A DNA stretch of 64,000 nt from Mobula hypostoma (Eukaryota), in contig NC_086097.1 of NCBI RefSeq assembly GCF_963921235.1, positions 87,980,001 through 88,044,000 of the forward strand, in the 5' to 3' direction. Shown one piece after another: positions 12,071-26,432 of the stretch. The first letter of the stretch is position 1; every line of letters starts with the position of its first letter. Made by a program: the position numbers and the translations under genes. The notes under the pieces were generated by a model. The model did no database searches. It was given only the letters and a program-made list of their open reading frames with translations, and had not been told where the DNA came from.

Positions 12071-12689
12071 CTGCTGAGACCCTTGAGCAATTTGATTAAC
12101 ACTCACCCCAGTGGTGTGGGACCTGAGGTCTACATCTATGTTTAGCAATGAGCCCTTAGCTGGTTATTTACATACTCCAACTTAGATGCCAGTCCTTCAT
12201 TCAATGTACAAAAATAGAGAGGTTGCAAGACACAATACAGTGAGATTAAATGGCACTTGTGCATCATTGTACACCTGAATGAAGTGTGAGTTTCACATAC
12301 TGACTCAAGCCTAAACTGGAGGGTTGAGGGCTGCTTATGCATTGTCTAAAGGACATTTGAACCTACAAGGCTGTTAATTCAACTGCTAGAGGGACTAGGC
12401 ATGGTAAGCAGCATCCACTGGGGCAAAGGGATGGTCAATGTTTCAGGTCAAGACCTTACACCAAGACTCGGCCCTGATCAAACAATCACCTTGATAGGAT
12501 CAATACAATGATCAGACGTCAGCCCTCATGCAGCATTGCAAACTGAAACATTCGCTGTCTCTCACCTCCACAGATGTTGCTTGATCTGTCGAGCTCCTCT
12601 GATGGTTTCAATTCATTCCCGTCTCCATCATCTACAGTCCCTTGTCTCCATTTTATCCAGGCTGCCAGGAGACTGACATTTTCCTTCAG

Positions 12690-15110
12690 AAGGAAGGAGT
12701 GTTCTTTCCACATGATCACTCCTGCCGGCCTCCCTTTGGTTTAGAATGAACCAATGAAGTTCATTCTGTTAATTTTACTCCAACTATTATGTTCCCTGGT
12801 ATTAGACATTTCAACCTGGCTGTCCATTCTATGCCTTTCATAATCCTATAAACCTTCATCCCATATTCTCTCAGACTCCGTAGCTCCAGAAAAAACAACA
12901 AAAAAAGCCTATGCAAACTCTCATTATAGCGCATGGCAACATGCAGGCAACATACAGGTAAACCTCTTCTGCGGCATTAAAAAAGCCCCAACATCCCTCC
13001 TGTAATGGAATGACCAGAAATGAATAGAATGCTCCAGATGTGGTCAAACTAGAAATTTGTAAAGCTGCAACATACCTTCTCAACTCTTGAACTCAACTTC
13101 CCGACAAATAAAGGCAAGCATGCCATATGCCTTCTCTATTACTCAATCAGCCTGTGTAGCCACTTTTTCTCTCTCTTTACATTAGATCTTCTACAGTGCA
13201 ACACGTCACATTTGACCAGGTTATACTCCATGTACCACTTCTTTTCTCATGTCTGCATCTGATCTATATCCTGCTGTATCCTTTGCCAGTTTTGTAGACT
13301 GTCTATAACACCACCAATCTTTGTATCATTTACAAAACTTACTTCCCCACTCTTCGATGCTTTCATCCAGCTCACTTATGTAAAGCCCTGGTTAAGAATC
13401 TGTTTTATTGTATTATCACTGTTGTGCTATTAAGTGTTTATTTTCTGTAGCTTGCCTGTAAAATGCTGTTAATTAAGTTTCACAGTTCAATATTTTGGTA
13501 TCCGATTTCTGATGGACAGTGGGGTGGTTTTGTGTCTTTTGTTAGCAGGGGTTAGGAGAAGAATGAAGAATGGAGAAGAGCACAAGGGAAGATGCTCACA
13601 GAATCCTGCCCAAAGGAGAAACCCCCTTGTGCGAAGCGCATTGTGCAGATGAATGATTCCAAGGAGGAAATGCCAATACTCCTGAGTTAGCCAGTTTGTT
13701 CTTCAGGGAAGCTCGAACTGTGGCTGGCATCTTTCATGCAAGATGTTCAGTGTGTGAGTAATCAAAGCAAAGCACCCGACTATCTAGAAATGAGCTCCAA
13801 TGTTTATGTGCACATTAAGACTGGTTTAACTGCAATGGGCCCTTTTATTTTTATATTAACTGCTGTTAAAGTTGAAATAACTGTAAATATAGGTCCACTT
13901 TAATTTTATGCTGGTGTAAGGTCTGTTATTCCCTGGCAAATGATAGCTTTGCATGGAGCAGTATGAATTCAGTATGCACCACAATTTTCATTCTCTCAAT
14001 GGAACACTCCAACTATCCTATTTGGTTGAAACCGAATCTTACCAACCCTAGACATATGTTGCTTATTGAAGGTGGACTTCTCACCATTACCCATGCAATA
14101 CTGAGCCACATGGCTGTTAGCCAAAGTTAGCTAATGAGTCTATTTTGTTACAAGCCTTGGTGAGAGGGTTACATATATACTGTATATATCAGAAACAGCA
14201 GAGATTCCAGTATGAATCCTTGTGGAAGCACCACTAGTCATAGACCTCCGGCCAGAAAAAGTCCAATTGACCACTACTCTCTGTTCCCCATCGGCAAGCC
14301 AATTCTGAATCCAACCAGTATCGATCCTATGCATCTAAATCTTCTGGATGTGCTTCCCATAAGGGATCAAGTCAAATGCCTTACTAAATTCCATGAAAAC
14401 AGCATTCACTGTCCTACCTCACCAATCATCTTAATTACCTTCACAAAAGACTCAAAAAAAGGTAGCCCCACACAAAACCATAGTCCCAAATGACAATAAA
14501 TCCTATCCCTAAGAGTCCTTTCCGGTAACTTTCCCACCACTGAGATGACAGTCCATCGTTCCCAGGATTAACCTTCTTTAATAAAGGAACAGCTATAGCT
14601 ACTCGCCAGTCCCCCAGGACCTCACCTGTGGCTAGAGACAACTAAAAAATATTGGTCAAGGCCACAGATCCCATCTCTTGCCTTTCTAAGCAGGATTGTA
14701 GTTTTCGCAAATTAAACAAAGTGAGGCATTTAATATTTAATGAAACCCATAACACATTTTATTGAACTCCAAAACCTAAACACAAAAGTGTGCTAGAAAT
14801 CTTTGCATAATAACATCACCTCAACAGACCAGCCTCTTAAAATGAAACCCCAACTCAATGTTATGTGGATATGAATTTTGTACATTTCTCCCACTTATGT
14901 TACCCTGCAGTATATCCCATCCACCTTAATGTTCTTTAAGAGATTCAACATCACCTCCTTCTATAACTCAAAATGCCCTAGTATATTTACCAGGCTCCCT
15001 GTCCTCCTTTTCCTTCTCCTTGGTAAATACTGACGCAAAGAATTCACTTAGGACCTCACCCACATCTTCGGCTTCCAGCACCTTTACCCTACCTTGCCTT
15101 TGATGTATGT
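12690..15110 (-). mobile_element. Decayed CR1 LINE with nested insertions
   Basis: SLATGEV..DWRVA, WIQNWLAD..QRVVV, ERL/RGD motifs; split by the LTR at 13379-14173 and a short insert at ~14.69-14.91 kb. Confidence 0.8.
13379..14173 (+). mobile_element. Gypsy solo LTR
   Basis: TGTAA...TTACA termini; shares GAGCTCCAA...TGTGCAC...ATGGGCCCTTTTATT block with the LTR at ~25.1 kb; imperfect CTTA/TATA flanks. Confidence 0.8.
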
Positions 15111-18100
15111 ATAGAAAGCGGTAGAAAGCCCAATACTCAAATAAAAAGGTCAGAGGGTAGGGCGTAGAGACTGAAAGGAGGAAGAAATAATATAATAATA
15201 TTCACAAATATCAGTGAGTGAATTATACCTACAAGAAACACCAATCACTTTACACAGGAGACAGCACCCTTGAGGGTAGTGATGGCCAAGGAGACCCACG
15301 ACATATGGCTTAGATTCAGTCCCAACTACCCATCTCATTCCCAGCTGCATTACCTCCTTCACCTTGTCACTGAGCCAATTGCCTCCTGAGCAAGGTTTAA
15401 TGGAGAGTTTATTAATGCCCTCTCTAAACTAGAACTTATTAGAGTCATCATTGCTGCCATACACAACTTATTCTGACCTAGTTGAAACATGAAATCTGGA
15501 GAGGGACTCATGTTCAAAATACTTGTTTGTACTGGCTCCTAAATATAGTTTCTAACATTAAGGAGACACATGCTCTCCCTTCAGAAGTATGAATGGACTC
15601 AGCTAAGATCTTGGAATATCCTCAGTGACAACGGTTGTTGCTCTCAGAAAGGGCAGAGGGACTGATCTTCAGGTGACCATTTCAGTAAATGCAAGAAATC
15701 ATTTATGCCGATCAGCAGCATCTTTCCCCGTGTAAAAGGAAACTGAATACTAATACATTCAAGTGGTTAGATTATCTTCAGCAGCTCATGCTGAATTGTC
15801 TCTGGAACCAGCGTTAATTACTATGCCTTAATGCATTATTTATCTCAACTATTTCACTGCCATTGGCCTAACGTCTGCTGAGTTTAGCATTTCTGCACTT
15901 TGAAAACATTTTGCATTTTGGTGGCTTCAGATTGTTAAGTGTAAACTGCTTAGTGAGAGGAAACAAATTGATGGCTTAAAAGCTCTGGCAGAGATGAAAG
16001 GATTGGACTTGAGTATGCCTTTCAGCTCAAGGTTCACTGGTGCATCTGACAATCTATTCCCAGTGATGTAAAGAGGTTTTAACAATTGTGCAATAGGCAT
16101 CTAAAAACAATGCACATGAATTGTTAACATTTTTAAGCATCTTCTTTGCTTCTTTTGCCACTTGCCTATCTTTTATTGTTTGTACCATTTCCTGTGAAGT
16201 TATGGTAATCAATAAATCAGTCTGGGCACATGCCTTCAAACCAATGTGCTCCCCTCAACCCCACTACCTCTATCAACTGCATGAAATGCCCACAGCTCAT
16301 TCAAGTGCTTAATAACAAACATCTTTGCAATTAATTCACAATAAAATGAACAATGCATCCCAATCAGGGTAACAAATCCTGTGAAACTGAATGGTCATTG
16401 CTGGGATATCACTGTTTAATTTTTTGAATTGTTTCCTTGTGAATATTTCTATACTAAAAACATCTGCCACCCATAGAAGATGGCTTATGATTGTTCCCGA
16501 ACTCCAACTCTTCCCAGCTCACTGTGTCCCTCAATTTGTCACTGAGTGGATTGTGGCTCCCAATCACCCCTAACCCATGGCACACTTGCTCCTTTCTCCC
16601 CAAGCTCTCATGGGAGTTGTCCCACCCATACCTTCAGCCCCATTCCAGTTCTTGACCTCTGGGCTGATCAGGGTGTTCTACAGGATGATTTCTCCCTCCC
16701 TCCATTTCCTGCTCTCTTGATCCATTGCCCATACATCCTATCCTACCTAAGTTTACCACAGAGAAAGAACTTGAAAACAAGTTAGCCAGAAACCCCCACA
16801 AGTTGGATTTTCAAGAATATCGAAGAGAGAAATTATGATAATCTTTCCATAAAACAGTTCTGCATTTTTCTGTTTGTTTCTCATATCTTCTGATTTGACA
16901 TAAAGCCAAACTTCAGCACCAATTCGATGCAACGAAACTGGGTACTAACATCTGGGCTATCAGAATGAGAATTCTACCAAAACTCAATTTCATGTAGGAG
17001 CACGAAGTTAGAAAACACCTCAGTTGGACAAATCACTGCTTATTTCTGTAATCAGAGAGAGGGGTAGAGAAAGAAACTGTTTCTTTTATCATTACTAGTT
17101 AACGAATACCTCACTATAAAAATAGATTGGTAAACACGTATCTTCATGGAAGAGCAGCTGAATTTCATATCATCACAGTGTTGAGAGACATCATTAACAC
17201 CATTGTGGGAGATTTTAGGATTGGTGCATTTCATATTCTTTATTTAATGTCTGTTACTCTCCTGTTGGTTCATCTGTAGTCTGTTACTCTGGTTGGTCTG
17301 ATTAACTGTGGTTGCACTTTGAACTATCTAGTCACACCTGAAGTGTTTTGCCACAGAGGTAAACAGGCACTCAAGCTTCTTCTACTGTCTTCTCTGAGGT
17401 GCTGTAACATTAACTAGAAAGCCAGCCAAACTTCATTCAAAAATGACTTAGCATCCTAGCTCCTAGGGTTTATTGCAGACTCATAATGAATAAGGAGTGA
17501 AAAAAAAGTCACACTTCCGCTGGGCTTTTAATAGGAACTTCTTTCGCTCCTAACATAAAACTCTGCCCTACTGCCAGTCAATGTGCTTTTATACTTACTA
17601 TCTCCTGGCTGCAAGGGAAGTGACCTAATACAGATCAGAAACTATTCATTAAGATAAAAGCTGAATGTGCTTAATCACATAGAAAAACAAAGGAACTACC
17701 TGAAGGGCAAAACACTTCTACTGTTCCTTTTGTTTAACAATAACTGCTTTAAATGCCATTCAGTGCAAAATAGACATGGACTTAATGACTTTAACAATAT
17801 GTGTCAATGAACCATATCAACCTGATGTTATTTTGTGTAACTTGTTTCTGCTAAGCATATAAGTTGCAGTGTTTTATGGATAACAGAAATATATTTATGT
17901 TAACAAATTGTTAACAATAGGCCCAAGTATAAGAATAGAAACAGACAATGCTGGAAAGAAAGCAGGTTCGGTATCATCCATGGAAAGTGGAACACAGTTG
18001 ACATTTCAAGTTGGAGGCTTTGCACTGGAGCTCCCTGTGGAGCGTTATGAACTCCCTACATCATTAGACTCACAAAATAAAAATAAGCCTTTTCTAAAGC

Positions 18101-19219
18101 AATCCTTGTGTCTGCAGTTTTTGGAGTAAGTAATATTGGAATCAAAGTTCAACTGTGGTCATGATTTTTAAATCAGTTTCCTTACTTTGTTTGTCTATAT
18201 TTTTCTTCCATAGGCTAAGAAAAAGACATTAAGATGAGAACAAGCTTATTTCTTCTATATATAGCTAACTGAGATAGAATTGGGATGCACTATTTCCCAA
18301 ATAATTAAGTTAGAAATAAATCAGAAAATGCTGGAGATGCTTAGCAGGTCAGGCAGTACTTACAGAGAAAGAAATAATGTCAACTCCAATAATCATTAAT
18401 TAGATCTCAATAAATAAAAAGAACTGTCTTAGGTTGCAGAAGGGCAGGTTGTGCAAGGGACTAAAGCAGGGATTCCCAACCTGGAGTTCACAGATGGTCA
18501 GGGTCCATGGCATAAAAAAAGTTAGGATCCCTTGAACTAAAAGTATGTTTGAGGTAGCGCGGAAACCAAGGACACAACTGGTATTAACTGTGTCTAGTTA
18601 TTCACGGATGGCCTACAGTATTTGGATTTGTGCAAAGAGAGATGAGCGAGGGTGATTATAATATAGACATTGAACTAAAACCTGGAACTGTGAGATGTTG
18701 AACACAGCAGCTGCTGAAAATCTGGAACAAAAAAATATGAAAAATACTTAGCTGATCAAGTGGCATCTATGGGAAAAAAATGGACTTAAGGTTCCACCTG
18801 CTTTGCAATAAAATTTAGAATATAATGTTTGAATTTGTAACTAGTTTGAGAAATAGAAATTGGAGGTTGTTAAGATCTATTTTCTCTTAACTTGAAACCT
18901 TGTAGGAAAAGTAAATTAACAATTGATCAGATGGTTAGAAAATACTGGAAACACTCAACAGTTCAGGTAGTAAGTGGCAGCTGCTTAACCTGCTGAGTGT
19001 TTCTAGCATAGCCTATTTTTGTTTCAGAATTTTGGCACCTGCAGCTTTTTAATTTTCATCACACAGCTGGAGTAGGTTTGCAACACCTTGTCCAAGTGAT
19101 ATGAAATAATTAACACTGATTTAGTCTATGCTACATATTCTGTAAATTATCTAGAGGCTTCAGGCATTTTATTTCAGAGAAGGTCCTCACAAACAAGTGT
19201 GAGGTGATGCATTTTTAAT

Positions 19220-22020
19220 TGGATAAGTAATAGATCAATACATCATGGATGCAGGCCTTTTGGCCAACAAGTCTATGCCAACCATGGTGCCCTCCTAGCT
19301 AGTTCTAGTTTACTGTGTTTCGTCTCTACCCTTCTTAAATCCAGCCCTTCAATATACCTATCCAAATGTTTGTTAAATAACACTATTGTAACTTCCTCCA
19401 CCATTTCCCCCGGCAGATCATTCTTTGTACTTATCACCCTGTGTGCAAAAAGTTGCCCCTTAGGCTCCTTTTAAATCTTTCCCCGTCACTCTACATTAAA
19501 TCTTCGAGCTTGGACTCCCCTACCCTGTCCACCTTTTCTATGCCTCTCGTAATTTTAAGCACTCCTACAAGATCATCCCTCATTCTCCTATATTCCAAAG
19601 AATAAAGATGTAGTCTGGCCAAGCTCTTCCTATAACTCAGGCCCTGTAGTGCTGGCAACATACTCACAAATCTTTTCTGCATTCTTTCCAGTTTAGAACA
19701 CAGACAGTAGAACAGTACAGCACAGAACAGGCTCCTTGGTCAATGGTGTTGTGCTGACCTTTTAACCTACTCCATGATCAACTTAACACCTCCTTCTACA
19801 TAGCCCATAATCCTCCATTTTTCTTTCATCCATGTGTCAACCTAAGGGTCATAGAAAAGTACAGCACAGTACAGCTCTTTGGTTCATTTAGTCTGTGCCA
19901 AACCATTTAAACCACTTACTCCCATTGACCTGCAGCAGGGCCAAAGCCCTCCATACCTCAACAATCCATGTACCCATCCAAACTTCTCTTAAGATTTGAA
20001 ATCAGGCTCGAATGTGCTACTCGTGCTGGCAGCTCATTCCACATTCTCACCATCCTCTGAGTGAAGATGATCCCCTTGAGTTCCCCCTAAACTTTCTACC
20101 TTTTGCCTTTCATCCTTTACCCATGACCTCAAGTTACAGTCCCACCCAATCTCAAGTGAGAAAAGGCTGCTGGCATTCACCCTATCTACACTACTCATAA
20201 TTCTATCAAATCTCCCCTCAATCTTCTACTTCCCAAGGAATAAAGTTCTAACTATTCAATCTTTCCTTATAACTCAGATCCTCCAGTCCTGGACACATCA
20301 TTGTAAATTTTCTCTGTACTGTTTCAATCTTATTTACATCTTTCCTGTGGGTAGGTAACCAGAACTGCACACAATACTCCAAATTAGGCCTCACCAATAT
20401 TTATACAACTTCAATATAACATCCGGTCTCCTGTACTCAATATTTTGTTTTATGAAGGTCAATGTGTCAACAGCTCTCCTTATGATCCTATTTACCTGTG
20501 ACACCACTCTCAAGGAATTATGAACTGGTAGTGTAAGGTCTCTCTGTTCTACTGCACTCCTAGTGCCCTACTTTTCACCATGCAAGTTCTACCTCGGTTG
20601 GTCCTCCCACAGTGCAACACCTCACATTTTTCTGCATTAAATTCCAAGTTTCAGCCATTTTTCCAGCTGGTCCTGAGACTGCTGCAAGGTTTGATGCTTT
20701 CACCGCACCCCCAATCTTGGTGTCAACGGCAAGTTTTCTGATCCAGTTTACCACATTATCATCCAGATCATTGATAAAGATAACAAACAATAACAGACCC
20801 AGCACTGATCGTTGCAGGTCCCATCTGAGAGGCAACCATATACTTCCACTCTCTAGCTTCTTCCGCAAAGCAAATGTCTAATCCAATTCACTAGCTCACC
20901 CTGAATGCCAAGCAACTGAACCTTCCTGACCAACTCCCATTCTTTACCTTGTCAAAGGCCTTGCTAAAATCCATGTTGACAACATCCTCTGCCTTGATCA
21001 ACATCAACATTTCTAGCGACTTCCTCAAAAAGCTCTATAAGATTGGTTAGACATGATCTATCAAGCACAAAGTAATACTGATTATCCTCAAATAGTCCAC
21101 GTCTATACAAATACTCATATATCCAGTCCCTTAGAATACCTTCCAATAACTTCCCCATTTCTGATGTCAGGCTCACCAGCCTATAATTTCCTGGTTTATT
21201 TTTGGAGCCTTCCTTAAACAGCAGAACAACATTGGCTATCCTCCACTCCTCTGATATGTCACCTGTTGATAAGGATGATTTAAATATCTCTGCTAGGGCC
21301 TGGAAATTTCTGCACTTGCTTCTGTAGGGTCCAAGGGAACATCGTGTCATGCCCTGGGGATTTATCCACCCTAATTTGCCCCAGGACTGCAAACACTTCC
21401 GCCTCTGTAATCTGTACAGGGTCCACGCAGTTGATGCTGCTCTGCTGCACTTCTATAGACTCAGTGTCCATCTCCTGAGCAAAGACAGATGAAAACAAAA
21501 CCACTTAGGATCTCCCTCATCTCTTTGGGTCCATGCATAAATTACCATTCTGACCCTCCAGAGGACCAATTTTGCCTCTTACAATTATTTTGCTCTTAAC
21601 ATATCTGTAGAACGCCTTAGAATTCTCCTTCACCTTGTCTGCTAAAGCCCTCCTGATTTCTTTCTTAAGAATTCTCTTGCATTTCTTATAATCCAAACGG
21701 ACCTCATTTGTTCCTACCTGCCTATATCTGCAACACATCTTTTTTCTCTTATCTAGGACGTCAATATCCCTTGAGAACCAAGGTTTCCAATACCTTTTAT
21801 CTTTATCTTTTATTCTGACAGGCATATATAAGCTTTGTACTCTCAAACTTCCACTTTTAAGGCCTCCCACTTACCAAGTACACCTTCCCCAGAAAACAGC
21901 CTGTCCCAGTCAACACTTGCCAGATCCTTTCGGATACCAACAAAATTGGACTTTCTCAAATTTAGAATCTCAACCTGTGGACCAGACCTATCTTTTTGCA
22001 TATTTACCTTGAAACTAATG
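19220..22020 (-). mobile_element. Tandem/nested CR1 LINE copies
   Basis: Three 3' ends (~19.22, ~19.70, ~19.85 kb); PWFSR, KENSKAFYRY, DKSPG, NYRLVSLTS..GKLLE, SVLGLLLFVIFINDLD motifs. Confidence 0.88.
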
Positions 22021-22239
22021 TCAGTCAGTTATATGTCCTTAATATATCAGCTTCAAACACCACCCCTGCAGTGTATTCGAGATACTTAGCACTTTCTCTG
22101 TTAAAAACCTACCTCTGTCATCACCCTTAAACTTTCCTCCCCTCACCTTAAAAGATATGCTCTGGTATCAGCCATTGCTGCCTGGGATAAAGACATTGGC
22201 TCTTCACTCTCTCTATGCCTCTTATTATCTTATACACCT

Positions 22240-22387
22240 TTGGAGGCAGCAGTGCTATTGATATGTAGGAATGTAATAGAAAAGTACCAAAAGTATTGAC
22301 TATGAATGTAAAGAATAAAAAGGCATTGCATGGTTTACTCTTGCAAATATTTTATATTATGACTAAAGTTTATTTTGATTAAAAAAA
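22240..22387 (+). mobile_element. Short poly(A)-tailed retroposed insertion (L1/Tx1-type 3' end or mRNA 3' end)
   Basis: AATAAA, terminal A-run, TSD ACACCT (22234-22239 / 22388-22393) interrupting CR1. Confidence 0.7.
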
Positions 22388-23943
22388 ACACCTCTATCAA
22401 ATCGCCTCTGACCTTTCTTAGCTCATGCAACTTTCCCTCATAAGACATGCTCTCCAATCCAAGAAACATCCAGGTAGATCTTCTCTGCACCCTCTCTAAA
22501 GCTTCCACATTCTTTCTAGAGTTGAACACAATAATCCCAAGTGTGGTCACACCAGAGTTTTACAGAGCTGCAACATTAGCTCATCGCTCTTGAACCCAAT
22601 CGATCAATAAATGAACAATCCTATTAACTTGCACAGCTACCTTAAGGGATCTATGGTATTAAACCCCAGGATCCCTCTATTCCTCCACACTATCAAGAAT
22701 CTTGCCATTAATCTTGTACTCTGCCTTCAAGTTTGACCTTCCAAAGTGTATCACTTCACACTTTTCCAGATTGAACGCGATTTTCCACTTCTCAGCGCAG
22801 CTCCACATTTTATCTATGTGCTGTTGTAACTTACAACAACCCTCCGTACTTCCACAACTCCACCAACATTTGTGTCATCTGAAAACTTACTAACCCTCCC
22901 TTCACTTCTTCATCCAAGTCATTCATAAAAACAAAGAAAAAGAGCTGGGGTCCCACAACATATCCCTGTGGAACACCAGCGGTCAACAGCCTCCAGGCAA
23001 AATATTCCCCATCTACAATAACCAACCACCTTCAGTGGGCAAAAGCCAATTCTGTACGTACATAGCCAAGTTTCCATGTACCCTGTGCTTCATGACTTTC
23101 CAGATGAACCTTCCATGGCTAACTTTGTCAAACTCTTTACTAATATCCACATACACCACTTCTCTACTTTCGTCAATTTGTTTTGTCACTTTCTCAGAAA
23201 AGTTAATCAGGCTCGTGAAACATCACTTACCCCTCACAAAGCCGTGCTGGCTATCCCTAATAAGACTGTGCTGCTCCAACTGTTCACAAATCCTGTCCTC
23301 AAGAATCCTCTCCATTTGTTTGTCCACCATTGACGTAAGACACCGATCTATAATTCCTAGGATTACCCTATTACCCTTCTTGAAAAAGGTTGCAACTTTT
23401 GCCATCCTCCAATCTTTTACTATTTCTGTGGCCAGTGAACATCTCTTCCCTCACTTTCCATATTAACCTGAAATATATCCCATCTGATCACAGGACATAT
23501 CTTCCCGAATGTTTTTTCAAAACTCCAACACTGCCTCTTTCTTAACAAGATCCAGCATATTAGTATATTTACGGTCAACAAGGTCCATCATATTAGTATG
23601 TTTAAGGTCGACTGCACATTCATCAAGATCCCTCTCCTTGGTGAACACAGAAGCCAAGTATTCATCCAATTCCAAGCACAGTTTCCCTTTTGTCCCTGCG
23701 CAGTCCTAACCTCACTCTAGCCATCCTCCTGTTCTTCACATACATCTGGAGCATCTAAGCCCCGGAGGCCGGCATGGTCACATGCGTGTCGTAACAGGAC
23801 CCTCTCCCCTATGGCCAACTGCTGACGGCCCTGGCTGCTCGGAGAGGTGATGATGAGAGCCAGATCCAAGATGTCCCTTTCAGGAACCCAGCACCATTCC
23901 TCGAGTCCAAGGAACCAGTCTACAAAGAACTGCTGAACACCCG

Positions 23944-26432
23944 GTAATGCCATGATTAAGATTTTTATTACTATGCTATAGGTATTTCATTTTAGTGTTT
24001 TTGTAAAAGCAGTGTGTTCTGCTTTTATCATGTTAGACCATAAGACATAGGAACAGAATTAGGCCATTCTGCCCATCGAGCCTTCTCTGTCATTCCATCA
24101 TGGCTGATCCCGGATCCCACTCAACTCCATACACCTGCCTTCTTGCCATATCTTTTGATGCCCTGACCAATCAGGAAATGATCAACTTCTGACTGGACCT
24201 CCACCACAGTCTGTGGCAGAGCATTCCACAGATTCACTGCTCTCTGACTAAAAAGAATTCCTCCTTATCTCTGTTCTAAAAGGTTGCCTCTCAATTTTGA
24301 GGCTGGGTCTTCTAGTTCTGGGTAACTCCACCACAGGAAACATCCTCTCCACATTCACCCCTTCTAGATCCCCCCTGCATTCTTCTAAATTCCAGTGAGT
24401 ATAGGTCCAAAACTCCCAAATGCCCCTCATATGTTAACCCTTTCATTCCCAGAATCATCCCATGAACCTCTTCTGTACTCTCTCCAATGACAACATATCC
24501 TTTCTGAGATATGCGGCCCAATACTCAAAAGTGCGGCCTGACCAGTGTCTTACGAAGGTTCAGTATTATCTCCTTGCTTTTATATTCTATTCCACTTGAA
24601 ATAACTGCCAACTTTGTATTTGCCTTCCTTACCACAGACTCAACCTGTAAATCAATATTCTGTGAGTCTCACACGCTGACTCCTAAGTCCCCATGCCACT
24701 CTGATGTTTGAACTTTCTCCCCACTTAGATAATTGTCCGCACTATTGTTCCTTTTGCCAAAATGTATTATTCTACATTTCCCAAAATTGTATTCCATCTG
24801 CCACTTCTATCTATAAAGTTCAAGCCAGGAATGTTGTGCCAGCCAATCAGAATGGTAGAATTGGGAGAAGGTTCTAGAGAAAGCTTTGCGGAGAGGGATT
24901 TTGACGGACACTGGTGGGGTTCGTGGTGTTATTGGCGGGAGCTGCAGAGAGGACGGGGGATGATGGCTGAGGATGCTGTCCCTGTTGCTCAAGGTGCTTT
25001 ATGTAGATGAATGGCTTCAAGGAAAAGGGCCAATACTCCTGGGAGATGGATTTCAAGTGAAGTTTGGAATGTGATATGTGCTTTCACGCAGACCATGTGT
25101 CCGGCATGTGAGTTAAAGATGACCCAAGTATGAGCTCCAACCCTATGTGCACATTTGGACTGGGTTAACCGAAATGGGCCCTTTTATTGTTTTTCCTTTT
25201 CTTTTCCCTACTAACTGTTCAATAAACTGAAATATGCAAATATACTTCCCTTATAATTTTATGCGGTGTACGATTTGTTATTTCTTTCCGACCAAGCATT
25301 GTGTAAAGGCAGTATTTATGCAGCATTTGCTCAAATCGAGGTCTCTTTACTTGGAACATCACAACATTCCTGTTTGGTTGAACCCCAAGTCATATTGACC
25401 CTGGACACCTATTGTTTAGGCAATGTGGCCTTCTCACTGCTGAATCCCATAGCTGTAGCGGGCCGGCATTGAGCCAAGTTTCCATTCGAACCTTGTGAGG
25501 ATGCTTCATTGTGGAGGCTATCGTCTGGCGATTTGCTGAATGCTGTGTGATTGCTGTTCAGAATTGATTAAGTGGTTTGTGTGTTTAAGCCTGTGGGTAA
25601 ACTAGTGTCGGGGAAATAACCATGGAGGGGTTAAGGGTTGGTACAATTCAAGGAGATTATCCACTAACAATGCTTGTGTTTTGAGCTGGGTGGATGTCCA
25701 AACTTGGGTGCTCAGAGTGCTAAATTCTATGCAGATTTTGGGGAAAGTTACATTGATTGAACTGTGTTTTGACCAATTGTTTGGTAAAGATGTCGTGTTA
25801 ATCTAGGCTAGCAGTGATGTGATTGAAGCCTGATAGGTTGGAGACCCTGGAGAGGTGGGGCCGTAGGGTAGTTCATATTTTTAGAGAAGGGGGCATGTAG
25901 CAGAGGGTGAAGACTTTAAAGACAAGTTGGTCTCGTTTCTGCAAAGTGAGGGAAAGGAGTTGTCTAATGTGAAAGGTCTAAAGCTGATTGAAATTCTGAG
26001 CTGGTTTTGGCATTTACATCACTGGTTGATAAATGCAGAAGTGTACCTGCAGAGAGCCAAAGTTATCATAGGCTGGGAGTTTTCCTTGGAGTCAAGCCCA
26101 CACCCAATGGGGAAGAAGAATATGAGGCCTGGGCTGAGCAAATATCTCAGTCACTGGATGAATGGCCGTGCTCAGATAATATGAAACAGCAGAGACTGGT
26201 AAAGAGTTTAAAGACTCCAGCATCTGATTAGTGAAGTTCCAAAAGGCAGAAACCCCATTTGCCGCATCAGCTAATCACAGCAAGCTCTGGAAGATGCTTT
26301 TGGCTCTGCTGACAGTGCAGCTGATCTGATGATGAAGTTCAGGCACACATTCCGGGAGGAAGGAGAGAAGTTGTCTGCCTACATTTTCAGGTTGGAGAAA
26401 TTGCTGTACTGTTTGCGCTAAAGGGGACATTC
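23944..26432 (+). mobile_element. Truncated Gypsy element with PNMA-like gag
   Basis: 5' LTR (23944-~25455, split by CR1) related to the 13379 solo LTR; gag YHRLGVFLGVKPTPNGEEEYEAWAEQ..LDEW..SD..K.QRLV.SL, F.H.F.EEGEKLSAYIFRLE. Confidence 0.85.
24035..24806 (-). mobile_element. CR1 3' fragment inserted in the LTR
   Basis: LVRPH, LYSLEFRRM.G, FRTEIRRN; (TCTTATGG) tail. Confidence 0.88.

Noticed and set aside
18214..18237. Plus-strand acceptor then AKKKTLR-stop, possible terminal exon
   Set aside because: Too short to support, with no linked upstream exon
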